Below are positions 7,838 through 15,487 of a DNA stretch of 24,213 bases, in pieces. Origin of the DNA: Candidatus Eiseniibacteriota bacterium (lineage in GTDB: Bacteria > Arandabacterota > Arandabacteria > Arandabacterales > Arandabacteraceae); assembly GCA_043810925.1 (NCBI GenBank), contig JBDRNT010000157.1:1-24213 (forward strand). The letters are read 5' to 3'. Position numbers and translations under genes: made by a program. The notes beneath the pieces are model-generated. The model was not told the origin of the DNA. It saw only the letters and a list, made by a program, of their open reading frames with translations, and did not search any database. Every line of letters starts with the position of its first letter. Position 1 is the stretch's first letter.

Positions 7838-9301
7838 TTATTTTAAGCCCGGGCTGTTCACAATCCCCAGATTTTGCCGGATGATATCGAAGACCGAGGA
7901 AATGTGTGGCCGGGTGTCCGCCGGAGCCGAAGCAGCCCTGTAAAGCATGAGGGTCCCGTACTTGGAGTGACCGCCGGAGACCTTCTTGTGGGTGGCACTG
8001 ATTCCGAAGGTCCCGCAGAAGACTGTGCGGTCGACACCATACTCCTCGCGGAGATCGAAGATGACATCGGGATACTTCTCGATGTTCCGGCCAGTGAAAA
8101 CCTCTTCCCGCCGCTTCACCCAGGCGGCGACCGTCGAACCGCTTTCGTCAACCACCGACCGGACGAGACCGATCAGACGATCCCGCAAGGTTTCATAGGC
8201 CTTCGGATCTGTCGAAAGGAGTGCTCTATTGATATCGATGCCGCCAAAAGAGGTGCCGCCTCCCACTTCCGAGACCCATGCGGTGCTCGCGTGCCTGTCC
8301 ACTGCATACGATGATGATTTGAGTTGCTTCCTCTTATCCTTGGGAATCAATGATGCAATCCGGTAGACCTGGTCTTCGAGATCGAGCCGTTGCATGATTC
8401 TTAAGAAAGCGTTCTTGGTCTTCTCAACGAGGGCCACCGGATTGATGCCGGGTACACCGCCGCTGCGTGTCTTGAGCAGGCCTTCTTTGCGGAGGATCTC
8501 ATTTACGTAGAGTGCCTTGACCGGTCTTCTCCCGTGGCCGTGGTCGCTTACGATGAGGAGTGCCTGCTCGGGTGAGAGGCGGTCAATGAAATCACCGACC
8601 ACGGAGTCGAACATGCGGAAGAAGTCCTTTATGGACGTCTCGAGAGGATTGCGCCCCGGGTAAGTCGGGTCGTCCGGATCCGTGTAGCGCCAGAGGAAAT
8701 GCATGACCCGGTCGAGCGTAAGGAAGCAAAGGAAGAAGACATCCCACTCCTCTATCGCCATAAGCTCCAGACCGAACCTCGCCTGGTCGCGCGTGACCTG
8801 CTCGGTCCTCTCAAGGAAGCCTGCCAGGTCCTTCTTGCCGGGGAAATCCGCCATCCCGCCGAGTTCCGGAATATCGAACTTGTCCATGATCTCAGACGGA
8901 TGAGACTGGGCTTCACCCGTTATGAAAACAGGCCCGTTTACCATGATCCCGTTGACCGGCCAGACAGGATAGGCAAGCAGGGGGTTTATCACGCAGACCC
9001 GCTTTCCTGCCGCACTTGCGACGTCCCAGAAGGTCTTGCCGATCAGTATCCCGGTGTCAAGGGCGCGGGTACCGCCTCTTATATCCAGGTAGTCCATGGA
9101 GTCCACGACGCCATGCTGCCAGGGCTGCATCCCGGTGTAGATCGTCACCCAGGCGGGAATGGAATCGGGCGGCATCGTAGATTCAAGCGGTGCCGAGTAG
9201 CCTTCGTCCATTATCTTCCGGAAGTTCGGAAGATCGTCTTTCCACCTCTCAAGCAGAACCGGGTCCAGTGCGTCTATTCCGAGTACCACAATCTTGCTCA
9301 A
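7838..9301 (-). CDS. AlkP-superfamily COG3379-like protein, paralogue 3
   Basis: VLGIDA, STMPPDSIPAW..IYTG, TLDRVMH, SDHG, SGGH. TTG start overlaps the upstream TGA stop. Confidence 0.9.
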   Translation of the reverse strand: MSKIVVLGIDALDPVLLERWKDDLPNFRKIMDEGYSAPLESTMPPDSIPAWVTIYTGMQPWQHGVVDSMDYLDIRGGTRALDTGILIGKTFWDVASAAGKRVCVINPLLAYPVWPVNGIMVNGPVFITGEAQSHPSEIMDKFDIPELGGMADFPGKKDLAGFLERTEQVTRDQARFGLELMAIEEWDVFFLCFLTLDRVMHFLWRYTDPDDPTYPGRNPLETSIKDFFRMFDSVVGDFIDRLSPEQALLIVSDHGHGRRPVKALYVNEILRKEGLLKTRSGGVPGINPVALVEKTKNAFLRIMQRLDLEDQVYRIASLIPKDKRKQLKSSSYAVDRHASTAWVSEVGGGTSFGGIDINRALLSTDPKAYETLRDRLIGLVRSVVDESGSTVAAWVKRREEVFTGRNIEKYPDVIFDLREEYGVDRTVFCGTFGISATHKKVSGGHSKYGTLMLYRAASAPADTRPHISSVFDIIRQNLGIVNSPGLK

Positions 9302-9981
9302 TGTAACACTCCCTCGATCTCCCTCGTCAGCCTCGAGTTTACTTGTTCAATGCTTTCCGTACCATCGATTCTCACCGCCCCCACTGCCTCTGCTACCCGG
9401 TCGTAAAGCCCGTGCCGCTCCCTAAGATACTGGATGGAAGGGATGTCGTCTTTTCGCTGCATGGCCTCCTCGGGTGAGATCTCAATCAGTATGACCTTCT
9501 CAGGCTGCGGAAACAACCTGAGAAGGGGAGAGGTGAGCAGCCGGTCGAGCTCGGTTCCGTCTCCCCCGAAGGCGGAATCTATGTCGATGAACGTGTCATA
9601 GACATACCTGTCGAGCACGATCACACGCGTACTCCTGGCGAGTTTCGAGAACGCGACCCTGGCGCTCAAGTAAAGATCTATGACGGTGAGAGTCCGCCAG
9701 ATGGTCCGGAGCAGCCTGTTCTTAAAGAGAGACTGCTTGGAGCTTACATACTTGTCATAGTCTCCGCCCGCGTGGACTCCGTCACCTCGCTTGGTCTCCC
9801 TCGGGGCGCGGAGCAGAGCCTTGCCTATTTTCAGGATCGGGAGCGTCAGGTAGGACTCACCTCGCATCCACACGACCTCGGCGGGTGTGCCCTGTGCAGT
9901 CAGCCATCTGGAGAGAAGCTCTGCCTGGGTCGTTTTACCGCTTCCGTCAAGACCCATGAAGACTACGAGTTGTCGTTTCAT
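9298..9981 (-). CDS. Thymidylate-kinase-like P-loop NMP kinase
   Basis: FMGLDGSGKTTQA, VLDRYVYD, PEEAMQRK. ATGA overlap with the GT4 stop puts the start at 9981. Confidence 0.8.
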   Translation of the reverse strand: MKRQLVVFMGLDGSGKTTQAELLSRWLTAQGTPAEVVWMRGESYLTLPILKIGKALLRAPRETKRGDGVHAGGDYDKYVSSKQSLFKNRLLRTIWRTLTVIDLYLSARVAFSKLARSTRVIVLDRYVYDTFIDIDSAFGGDGTELDRLLTSPLLRLFPQPEKVILIEISPEEAMQRKDDIPSIQYLRERHGLYDRVAEAVGAVRIDGTESIEQVNSRLTREIEGVLH

Positions 9982-11030
9982 GCAATCTCCGACTCTATGG
10001 TTTTGATAACGGTGTCGGCGACCTTGTCCCACCCGAGACCGAGCACGAGCTGCCTTGTCGACACACCTTCGACACCGAGCGCCTCCCGTGTCCTGTCCGC
10101 AAGCTCGGCCTCAGAGGAGCATATGTAGAGTCCTTTGCCATCACGGAAGAGATCCGGGATCCCGCCAAAGCCGGTTGTCACGACCGGTAGATTCGTGGCC
10201 ATCGCCTCGAGCACGGAAAGAGGGATCTCAATGGCCCCCATCTCTGCGAATGTGGGGAACACGTAAGCATCGGCAAGTCTGAAGATCTCATCTATATTCT
10301 CTATGTACCTGCCGATGACCACGATTGAGCCATCCTTCAGCTCCTGTGCGATCGCGGTATCCTGTTCGGTGCTCGTGCTCGAAACGATCACGAGCTTCCA
10401 CCCGTCCGCAACTGTGCGCTTGAGCAGCCCGAGGTTTCGTCTGGCCGATAAGTGGCCCACATGGAGAAGCACCCTGCCGTCACCGATCCCGTATTTCTCC
10501 CGGAGCGCTGCTTTCTCCCCGGCAGCCGGCGGTCTGAAGGTACCGGTATCCACGCCGAGGGGCACACGCCGCGCCTTTATCCCGGCCTCCTCCAGGATAG
10601 CTACGGTCCCGGATGAGAGGGCGAGGGTAAGATCCGGTGCCAGCGATCTTAAGAACGGCCGGACAAGCGGCGAGTACGTTCGACGCTGAAGCGACAACAT
10701 GACAACCGGTATCCCGCCGCCCAGCCTACGAAGACAACTGGTACGGATAAGACTCATCGGTGTTGCCGCTGACTGCGGTATATAAAGAATCACATCAGGC
10801 TTACTGTTCCTCAGATTCCGCGAGAATGACGAGCCGGTAAGGAGCTTGTTGAGGGGAAGCGGCTCGGTGGGAACCGGTAGGCCGGGAGCATCAGGTGTGA
10901 ATACGGTAACCTCGCTGCCGAGCCCTGAGAGCGCAGTGGCAAGCGCCACGGACGCTTTCTTGAAGCCCTCGTCTAGAGGCGGGGAGAGGTTCTCACTTAC
11001 GACTGCTATTCGTCTTGAGCATACAACCAC
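9978..11030 (-). CDS. Glycosyltransferase family 4 (GT-B)
   Basis: VPLGVDTGTFRP, LLHVGHL, ADAYVFP...EIPLSVLEAMATNLPVV (E-x7-E-like motif). Confidence 0.9.
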   Translation of the reverse strand: MVVCSRRIAVVSENLSPPLDEGFKKASVALATALSGLGSEVTVFTPDAPGLPVPTEPLPLNKLLTGSSFSRNLRNSKPDVILYIPQSAATPMSLIRTSCLRRLGGGIPVVMLSLQRRTYSPLVRPFLRSLAPDLTLALSSGTVAILEEAGIKARRVPLGVDTGTFRPPAAGEKAALREKYGIGDGRVLLHVGHLSARRNLGLLKRTVADGWKLVIVSSTSTEQDTAIAQELKDGSIVVIGRYIENIDEIFRLADAYVFPTFAEMGAIEIPLSVLEAMATNLPVVTTGFGGIPDLFRDGKGLYICSSEAELADRTREALGVEGVSTRQLVLGLGWDKVADTVIKTIESEIA

Positions 11031-11056
11031 CTGGACTTACCCCCAATGTATGGTAC

Positions 11057-11085
11057 ATTCTATTTCGCCCCGGGGCTGCGGTCAA
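11057..11085 (-). promoter_or_regulatory. Sigma70-type promoter for the GT4-kinase-AlkP operon
   Basis: Minus strand TTGACC (11085-11080), 17 nt, TAGAAT (11062-11057). Confidence 0.65.
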
Positions 11086-11188
11086 CGAATTAAGCCGGCG
11101 TGAGAAACCCCCGGGGAAACCGCTGGGGCCCATTGGGGTCACGGTCTTTAATTGTTGCGTCGTCGCTCCTCAGGCGACGGCCTTTGAA

Positions 11189-11210
11189 ACGTCGGGCAGG
11201 AGACCCGACG
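11189..11210. repeat. Palindromic REP-like repeat family B, copy 1
   Basis: ACGTCGGGCAGGAGACCCGACG; its reverse complement is near-identical to 12093-12115. Confidence 0.65.
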
Positions 11211-11266
11211 CATCCGGGGTCGTCGCAGGTGGAACCCCGACGCGTGGTTGCCGTGAGGATTGCAGC

Positions 11267-12085
11267 GTGCCTGCAGGCAAAGCCTACTTAAGCCGGATGT
11301 GCATAACGTCGGTTACGCCGACGGTCTGCAACCTGATGGGGATCCCCCCACCAGCGCTCTCGACGGGGGACGTTCTCGGTCGGGTCGTTGAGACCGCGAG
11401 AGGCGAAGGCGTCGCAAAGGTCGACAAGTGTCTTATCTACGCGCCCGATGCCATAGGGAGCCGGATCTGCCGCGACTATGAAACTAGATTCAAAGAGGTG
11501 ATGAGACATGCTCCGATCAGGGTACCGCTGCGTTCGGTGTTTCCTCCGAAGACCCCTGTCTGCTTCGCGTCCATGTTCACAGGCGCCATGCCGAAACGCC
11601 ACGGCATCATCAAGTATGACAAGCGGGTGTTGGCATGTGACACCATCTTTGATGCGTTTGCCCGGGAGCGGAAGGCCACCGCGATCGTGGCGGTCAGGGA
11701 TTCGAGCATCGACCGGATCTTCCGGGACCGGGTGATCGACTATTTCTCTGAAGCCTACGACAGGCAAGTTACCGACCGCACGCTTGATCTTATCAAGGCA
11801 GGTGAGCACGATCTCGTCGTCGCCTACCACCAGCAGTACGATGATGTCCTGCATGAGACCGGACCTCGTTCCGGGGAAGCACTCGAGGCGCTTGAAAACC
11901 ACATCGCCGGTTTCCTCGACATGGCTCAAGCGGTCGAATCATACTGGGCCGCCCACAACCGGATGATAGCATTCGCCCCGGATCACGGGGCGCACATGGA
12001 TCCCGCGACCGGCAGAGGAACGCACGGTGACGACATAGCGGAGGATATGGAGGTCGATCATTTCTACGGTATTGCGCCGGCGTAA
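11267..12085 (+). CDS. Compact AlkP-superfamily phosphodiesterase-like protein
   Basis: LIYAPDAIG, SVFPPKTPVCFASMFTG..P..HGI, YDDVLH, PDHG, GTHG. Start is uncertain (GTG 11267 after GAGGA, or ATG 11297). The ORF-track extension to 11015 overlaps a promoter and repeats. Confidence 0.8.
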   Translation: MPAGKAYLSRMCITSVTPTVCNLMGIPPPALSTGDVLGRVVETARGEGVAKVDKCLIYAPDAIGSRICRDYETRFKEVMRHAPIRVPLRSVFPPKTPVCFASMFTGAMPKRHGIIKYDKRVLACDTIFDAFARERKATAIVAVRDSSIDRIFRDRVIDYFSEAYDRQVTDRTLDLIKAGEHDLVVAYHQQYDDVLHETGPRSGEALEALENHIAGFLDMAQAVESYWAAHNRMIAFAPDHGAHMDPATGRGTHGDDIAEDMEVDHFYGIAPA

Positions 12086-12091
12086 GCTGTA

Positions 12092-12115
12092 ACGTCGGGT
12101 CTCTGTGCCCGACGT
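12092..12115. repeat. Palindromic REP-like repeat family B, copy 2 (inverted)
   Basis: ACGTCGGG-TCTCTGTG-CCCGACGT hairpin, 6 nt after the stop codon. Confidence 0.65.
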
Positions 12116-12170
12116 ATATGGAATCGTCGGGGGTGAAACCCAGCCACTACGCCGCGGGGGATTTCCCGGC

Positions 12171-12199
12171 TTGCGACACCGTGGTGGGTCTGCTATCCT
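12171..12199 (+). promoter_or_regulatory. Sigma70-type promoter
   Basis: TTGCGA (12171-12176), 17 nt ending TGc, TATCCT (12194-12199). Confidence 0.55.
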
Positions 12200-12300
12200 C
12201 TATGTACCAAGAATCACTTATGTGCGGTCAGAGAGACATCGGAGATGCACGGGGCGTTCTGCAGCGTCCTGCATGCAACTCGGCATGAAGGGGGACGGCG

Positions 12301-12651
12301 ATGGCTGAGAAGATTTCGGTTTGCGGATTGGACTGTGGGAGTTGCCCGGCCTACCAGGCCACCCAGAAAAACGATGACGCAGAGCGTGCGAAGGTGGCCG
12401 AGAAGTGGAGCAGCGAATTCAAGGCGGATATCAAACCGGAGGACATAAACTGCGACGGTTGCACTTCAAAAACCGGACCGTACTTCGGCCACTGCAACGT
12501 ATGCGAAATCCGTAAGTGCGGTCTTGAGCAGAGCGTCGAGAACTGCGCTCATTGCGGGGACTATGCCTGTGATAAGCTGACCAAGTTCTTTGAGATGGTA
12601 CCTGATGCGAAGACCAGGCTCGACGGGGTCAAAGCCGACCTCGACACCTGA
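12301..12651 (+). CDS. DUF3795-like cysteine-rich metal-binding protein
   Basis: CGLDCGSCPAY...CDGC...CNVCEIRKC...NCAHC.DYAC pattern (11 Cys). Confidence 0.85.
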   Translation: MAEKISVCGLDCGSCPAYQATQKNDDAERAKVAEKWSSEFKADIKPEDINCDGCTSKTGPYFGHCNVCEIRKCGLEQSVENCAHCGDYACDKLTKFFEMVPDAKTRLDGVKADLDT

Positions 12652-12727
12652 CATTAGGCGGGCCAACCCGGTCCGGGTCCATCATGAGTTGGGCATAGAT
12701 CGGTAGTTAGACAAAAGGAGGTCGGTC

Positions 12728-14467
12728 ATGAACCGCGTAATTGTGGCTGCAGTCTTCTTTTCGGCCTGTCTTTGGGTGGGGGCGACTGCAGCAGCCGATA
12801 ACGGGATGTTGCCCATAAGATTCGCTGTGATCGGTGATCGTACCGGCGGCCATGAGCCGGGGATCCACGGTGCGATAATCGAAGAGATTCAGCGGCTCCG
12901 ACCCGATTTCGTGATGGGCGTGGGCGACATGATCGAGGGGTACTCGGGTGATTTGGACGCAGTCGAGAGTGAATGGAAAGAATACAAGCAACTGCTGGAA
13001 GGTTTCACGATGCCCGTCCACCTGGTAGCCGGTAATCATGACATCTGGGATGAGCCGTCGCTTGAACTCTACAAGCGGCACTTCGGTGATCCCCACTACT
13101 CCTTTGATGTGGGCGATGTCCACTTCCTCATACTTGATACCAGCCGCTGGGATTCAAGCAGCGTACTGCCGAATGATCAGATCGAGTGGCTCAAGAGGGA
13201 TCTCGAAGAACACCGGGAAGCCGCCTACACCCTTGCATTCCTGCACAAGCCTTACTGGATTGAGACCACCGCCGCCGGAAAACCCGACCGGCTCCACACG
13301 ATCTTTGCTGACTATGGCGTCGATGCAGTCTTTGCGGGCCACTATCATGCCTATTTCAGCGGCGAATTCGATGATGTCATCTATACGGCGATCGGCAGCT
13401 CCGGTGGTGTATGTGAGCCGGGTGTAACAGGAGTCAGGTATCACTACGCGTGGGTGACTGTCGATGAGAGTGAGATTGCGATCGCCCCGATCAAGATGGG
13501 ATCTGTGCTCCCATGGGATGAATTCACATCGGATGAGTTCTGGTTTGTCAGGGAGGTCAACGACGAGGCGCTTGAGATTGAGAAACTCTCGGTCGGACGG
13601 GAAACCTCATTCCCCGAGAGTCCTGTGATGGTAACGCTGGCCAATCTCGACAGCTTGACTACCCTAAGCGGAGAGCTCAAGTGGGAGATACCCGACGGCT
13701 GGACCGTTCTTCCCAGAAAGATGCCGATAGAAATCGCACCATTGGGGAGGCATGATATGGAGTTCTCCGTGGGGACCAAAGGGCCTCTCTACCCTGTCCC
13801 TGTACTGTCGGTCGACTACCCCTTCGGCGAGGAGAAGAGCTTCGAAATCAAGAAGTCTCTGCCCCTGAGCCGTTCTGCAGTGGCACAACGTGTGACGATA
13901 CCCATCGTAATCGATGGAGAGGTCGCGGACGGTATCTGGGATGATCCAACGAGCAAGTTCTTCGCGCCCGATGGTTCGCCCGTGACAACGGATCCCGTCG
14001 ATTTCCACTTTGCGTGGGACGACGACAATCTCTACCTGGCGGTCAGGTGTGCGGAAAGCGATGTGGCTTCAGTGGTGGCGGCTGCGACCGAGCACGATGC
14101 CGCCGTCTACGGTGAGGACTGTGTGGGCTTCTTCCTTCAACCGATGGTTCCAATCGGGCCGGTCTATCAGATCTACTTCAATGCGCTTGGAACGATTTTC
14201 GACCAGAAGATAGAAGTCAAGAACGGAGTTGCCGTTGATGTAGACCGGGAGTGGAACGGCACATACGAAGTGGCGACCTCCAGGGGTGCAGACTACTGGA
14301 GCATCGAGATCAGGATCCCGGTGGCCCAGCTGGGTGTGACCGCCGCGTACGGGGACAAGTGGGCAGTCAACTTCCGGCGTAAGCAAAAGCGTCTGAATAC
14401 GTCCGCCGACTGGCAGGTTCCCATAACCTATGATCCGGGTGACTACGGCGTGCTACTGATGCACTAG
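12728..14467 (+). CDS. Secreted calcineurin-like metallophosphoesterase with a C-terminal CBM9/DOMON-like sugar-binding domain
   Basis: Signal peptide; GD, GDMIEG, GNHD, FLHKP, GHYH. C-terminal IDG...W, WDDDNLYL, DCVGFF, WSIEIRIP, W.VNF.R. RBS AAAGGAGG. Confidence 0.85.
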   Translation: MNRVIVAAVFFSACLWVGATAAADNGMLPIRFAVIGDRTGGHEPGIHGAIIEEIQRLRPDFVMGVGDMIEGYSGDLDAVESEWKEYKQLLEGFTMPVHLVAGNHDIWDEPSLELYKRHFGDPHYSFDVGDVHFLILDTSRWDSSSVLPNDQIEWLKRDLEEHREAAYTLAFLHKPYWIETTAAGKPDRLHTIFADYGVDAVFAGHYHAYFSGEFDDVIYTAIGSSGGVCEPGVTGVRYHYAWVTVDESEIAIAPIKMGSVLPWDEFTSDEFWFVREVNDEALEIEKLSVGRETSFPESPVMVTLANLDSLTTLSGELKWEIPDGWTVLPRKMPIEIAPLGRHDMEFSVGTKGPLYPVPVLSVDYPFGEEKSFEIKKSLPLSRSAVAQRVTIPIVIDGEVADGIWDDPTSKFFAPDGSPVTTDPVDFHFAWDDDNLYLAVRCAESDVASVVAAATEHDAAVYGEDCVGFFLQPMVPIGPVYQIYFNALGTIFDQKIEVKNGVAVDVDREWNGTYEVATSRGADYWSIEIRIPVAQLGVTAAYGDKWAVNFRRKQKRLNTSADWQVPITYDPGDYGVLLMH

Positions 14468-14511
14468 ACAGGCGGCAACATGGCATGGTCAGATCTCGTG
14501 GACGAGCGATC

Positions 14512-14922
14512 ATGAGTGTGCGGGACTACAGACAATCCGATGCAGAGCACCTTGTTGAGATATTGAGACTCAACGGTCAGTATGAGTACCCGCACATCGA
14601 GGGTCCCGATGCGATGGATCGTGTTGCCGGATGCGATGCTGGGGTTGTTTTCGTAGCGGATATCGACGAACGGGTGGTGGGCTACATAAGAGCGGTATAT
14701 GACGGGGCACGTGCCCTGATACATCTGCTGACAGTCCACCCTGACTACCAGGGAAAGGGTGTGGGCGCAGCTCTTCTGGCCGCTGTCGAAGAAGAGCTGA
14801 AGAAGCGTGGCGCATCAGGCACGATCGTCACGGTCACGGAAGCCGGTAGCAGTTACTGGGAGCGAATGGGATTCAGGCGCCTGCCGGCCTTCCTCATGCT
14901 CAAGGAGTTCGGCCCGGAGTGA
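14512..14922 (+). CDS. GNAT family N-acetyltransferase
   Basis: LTVHPDYQGKGVGAALL acetyl-CoA motif A, YWERMGF. Start is 14512 or 14485. Confidence 0.9.
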   Translation: MSVRDYRQSDAEHLVEILRLNGQYEYPHIEGPDAMDRVAGCDAGVVFVADIDERVVGYIRAVYDGARALIHLLTVHPDYQGKGVGAALLAAVEEELKKRGASGTIVTVTEAGSSYWERMGFRRLPAFLMLKEFGPE

Positions 14923-14952
14923 GTGAGCGGGTGCACGCCCCGGTGTTTGATC

Positions 14953-14982
14953 TTGACATCCCTCGGACCGGACTGCTATTAT
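14953..14982 (+). promoter_or_regulatory. Sigma70-type promoter of the rsgA leader
   Basis: TTGACA (14953-14958), 18 nt ending TGc, TATTAT (14977-14982). Confidence 0.7.
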
Positions 14983-15035
14983 CTTACTGAATGACGGTTT
15001 AATCCCTGCATAAGGCCGGAAAGGAGGCGTGGTAA

Positions 15036-15095
15036 GTGACATCTATAATTGCATATGCCACTGTGTCGTCACGCCTCGGGAGGCCACGCTCTTAG
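15036..15095 (+). CDS. Putative leader peptide 1 (MTSIIAYATVSSRLGRPRS)
   Basis: AAGGAGG (15021-15027), 8 nt, GTG; 19 codons overlapping an antiterminator arm. Confidence 0.55.
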   Translation: MTSIIAYATVSSRLGRPRS

Positions 15096-15150
15096 TATCG
15101 CGTAAGAAGTAACCGCCGAAGGCCTCCCGTGACGGGTGGCCGTTTTCATT
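15077..15150 (+). promoter_or_regulatory. Putative transcription attenuator (terminator/antiterminator switch)
   Basis: Terminator GGCCTCCCG-TGA-CGGGTGGCC-GTTTTCATTT (15121-15151). CGGGAGGCC (15077-15085) is the perfect complement of its 5' arm. Confidence 0.65.
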
Positions 15151-15364
15151 TCCCAATGGCCGCGGTTGTGACGTATCTCTGCGGCATTCCTTCTTCCGAT
15201 GCACACGGATGTCGCAGCACAGATACGGCAGCACCGTGACACTACCCGGCGGATGACGAGGCCCTTGCGGCGGATCAGGGGCGCCATCTTGGTTTCATAC
15301 GGATGATTGCACTACGTACGTCTTGAGCATCGGTGTGTTCTTTGGGATGAGAAAGGAGGATTTC

Positions 15365-15436
15365 ATGTTGGTCACTGTGGACCGATCTTATGAAATCATG
15401 TTAAATGAGGCTCACCGGGGTGATCGTGGGCATTAG
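15365..15436 (+). CDS. Putative leader peptide 2 (MLVTVDRSYEIMLNEAHRGDRGH)
   Basis: AAGGAGG (15353-15359), 5 nt, ATG; 23 codons ending 51 nt before rsgA. Confidence 0.5.
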   Translation: MLVTVDRSYEIMLNEAHRGDRGH

Positions 15437-15487
15437 ACGATTCCTCACCGGGCCATCACAAGATATCTCGTCAGGAGGATTTTGGAA

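Noticed and set aside
1609-9301. AlkP paralogues as formylglycine sulfatases
   Set aside because: They lack the C/S-x-P-x-R signature and show the NPP-like DRxxH/SDHG pattern instead.
11032-11043. TGGACTTACCCC, a 12 bp match to the reverse complement of the IS3 right end (84-95)
   Set aside because: Similarity fades after 12 bp, no transposase follows, and the site overlaps the GT4 ribosome-binding region; probably chance.
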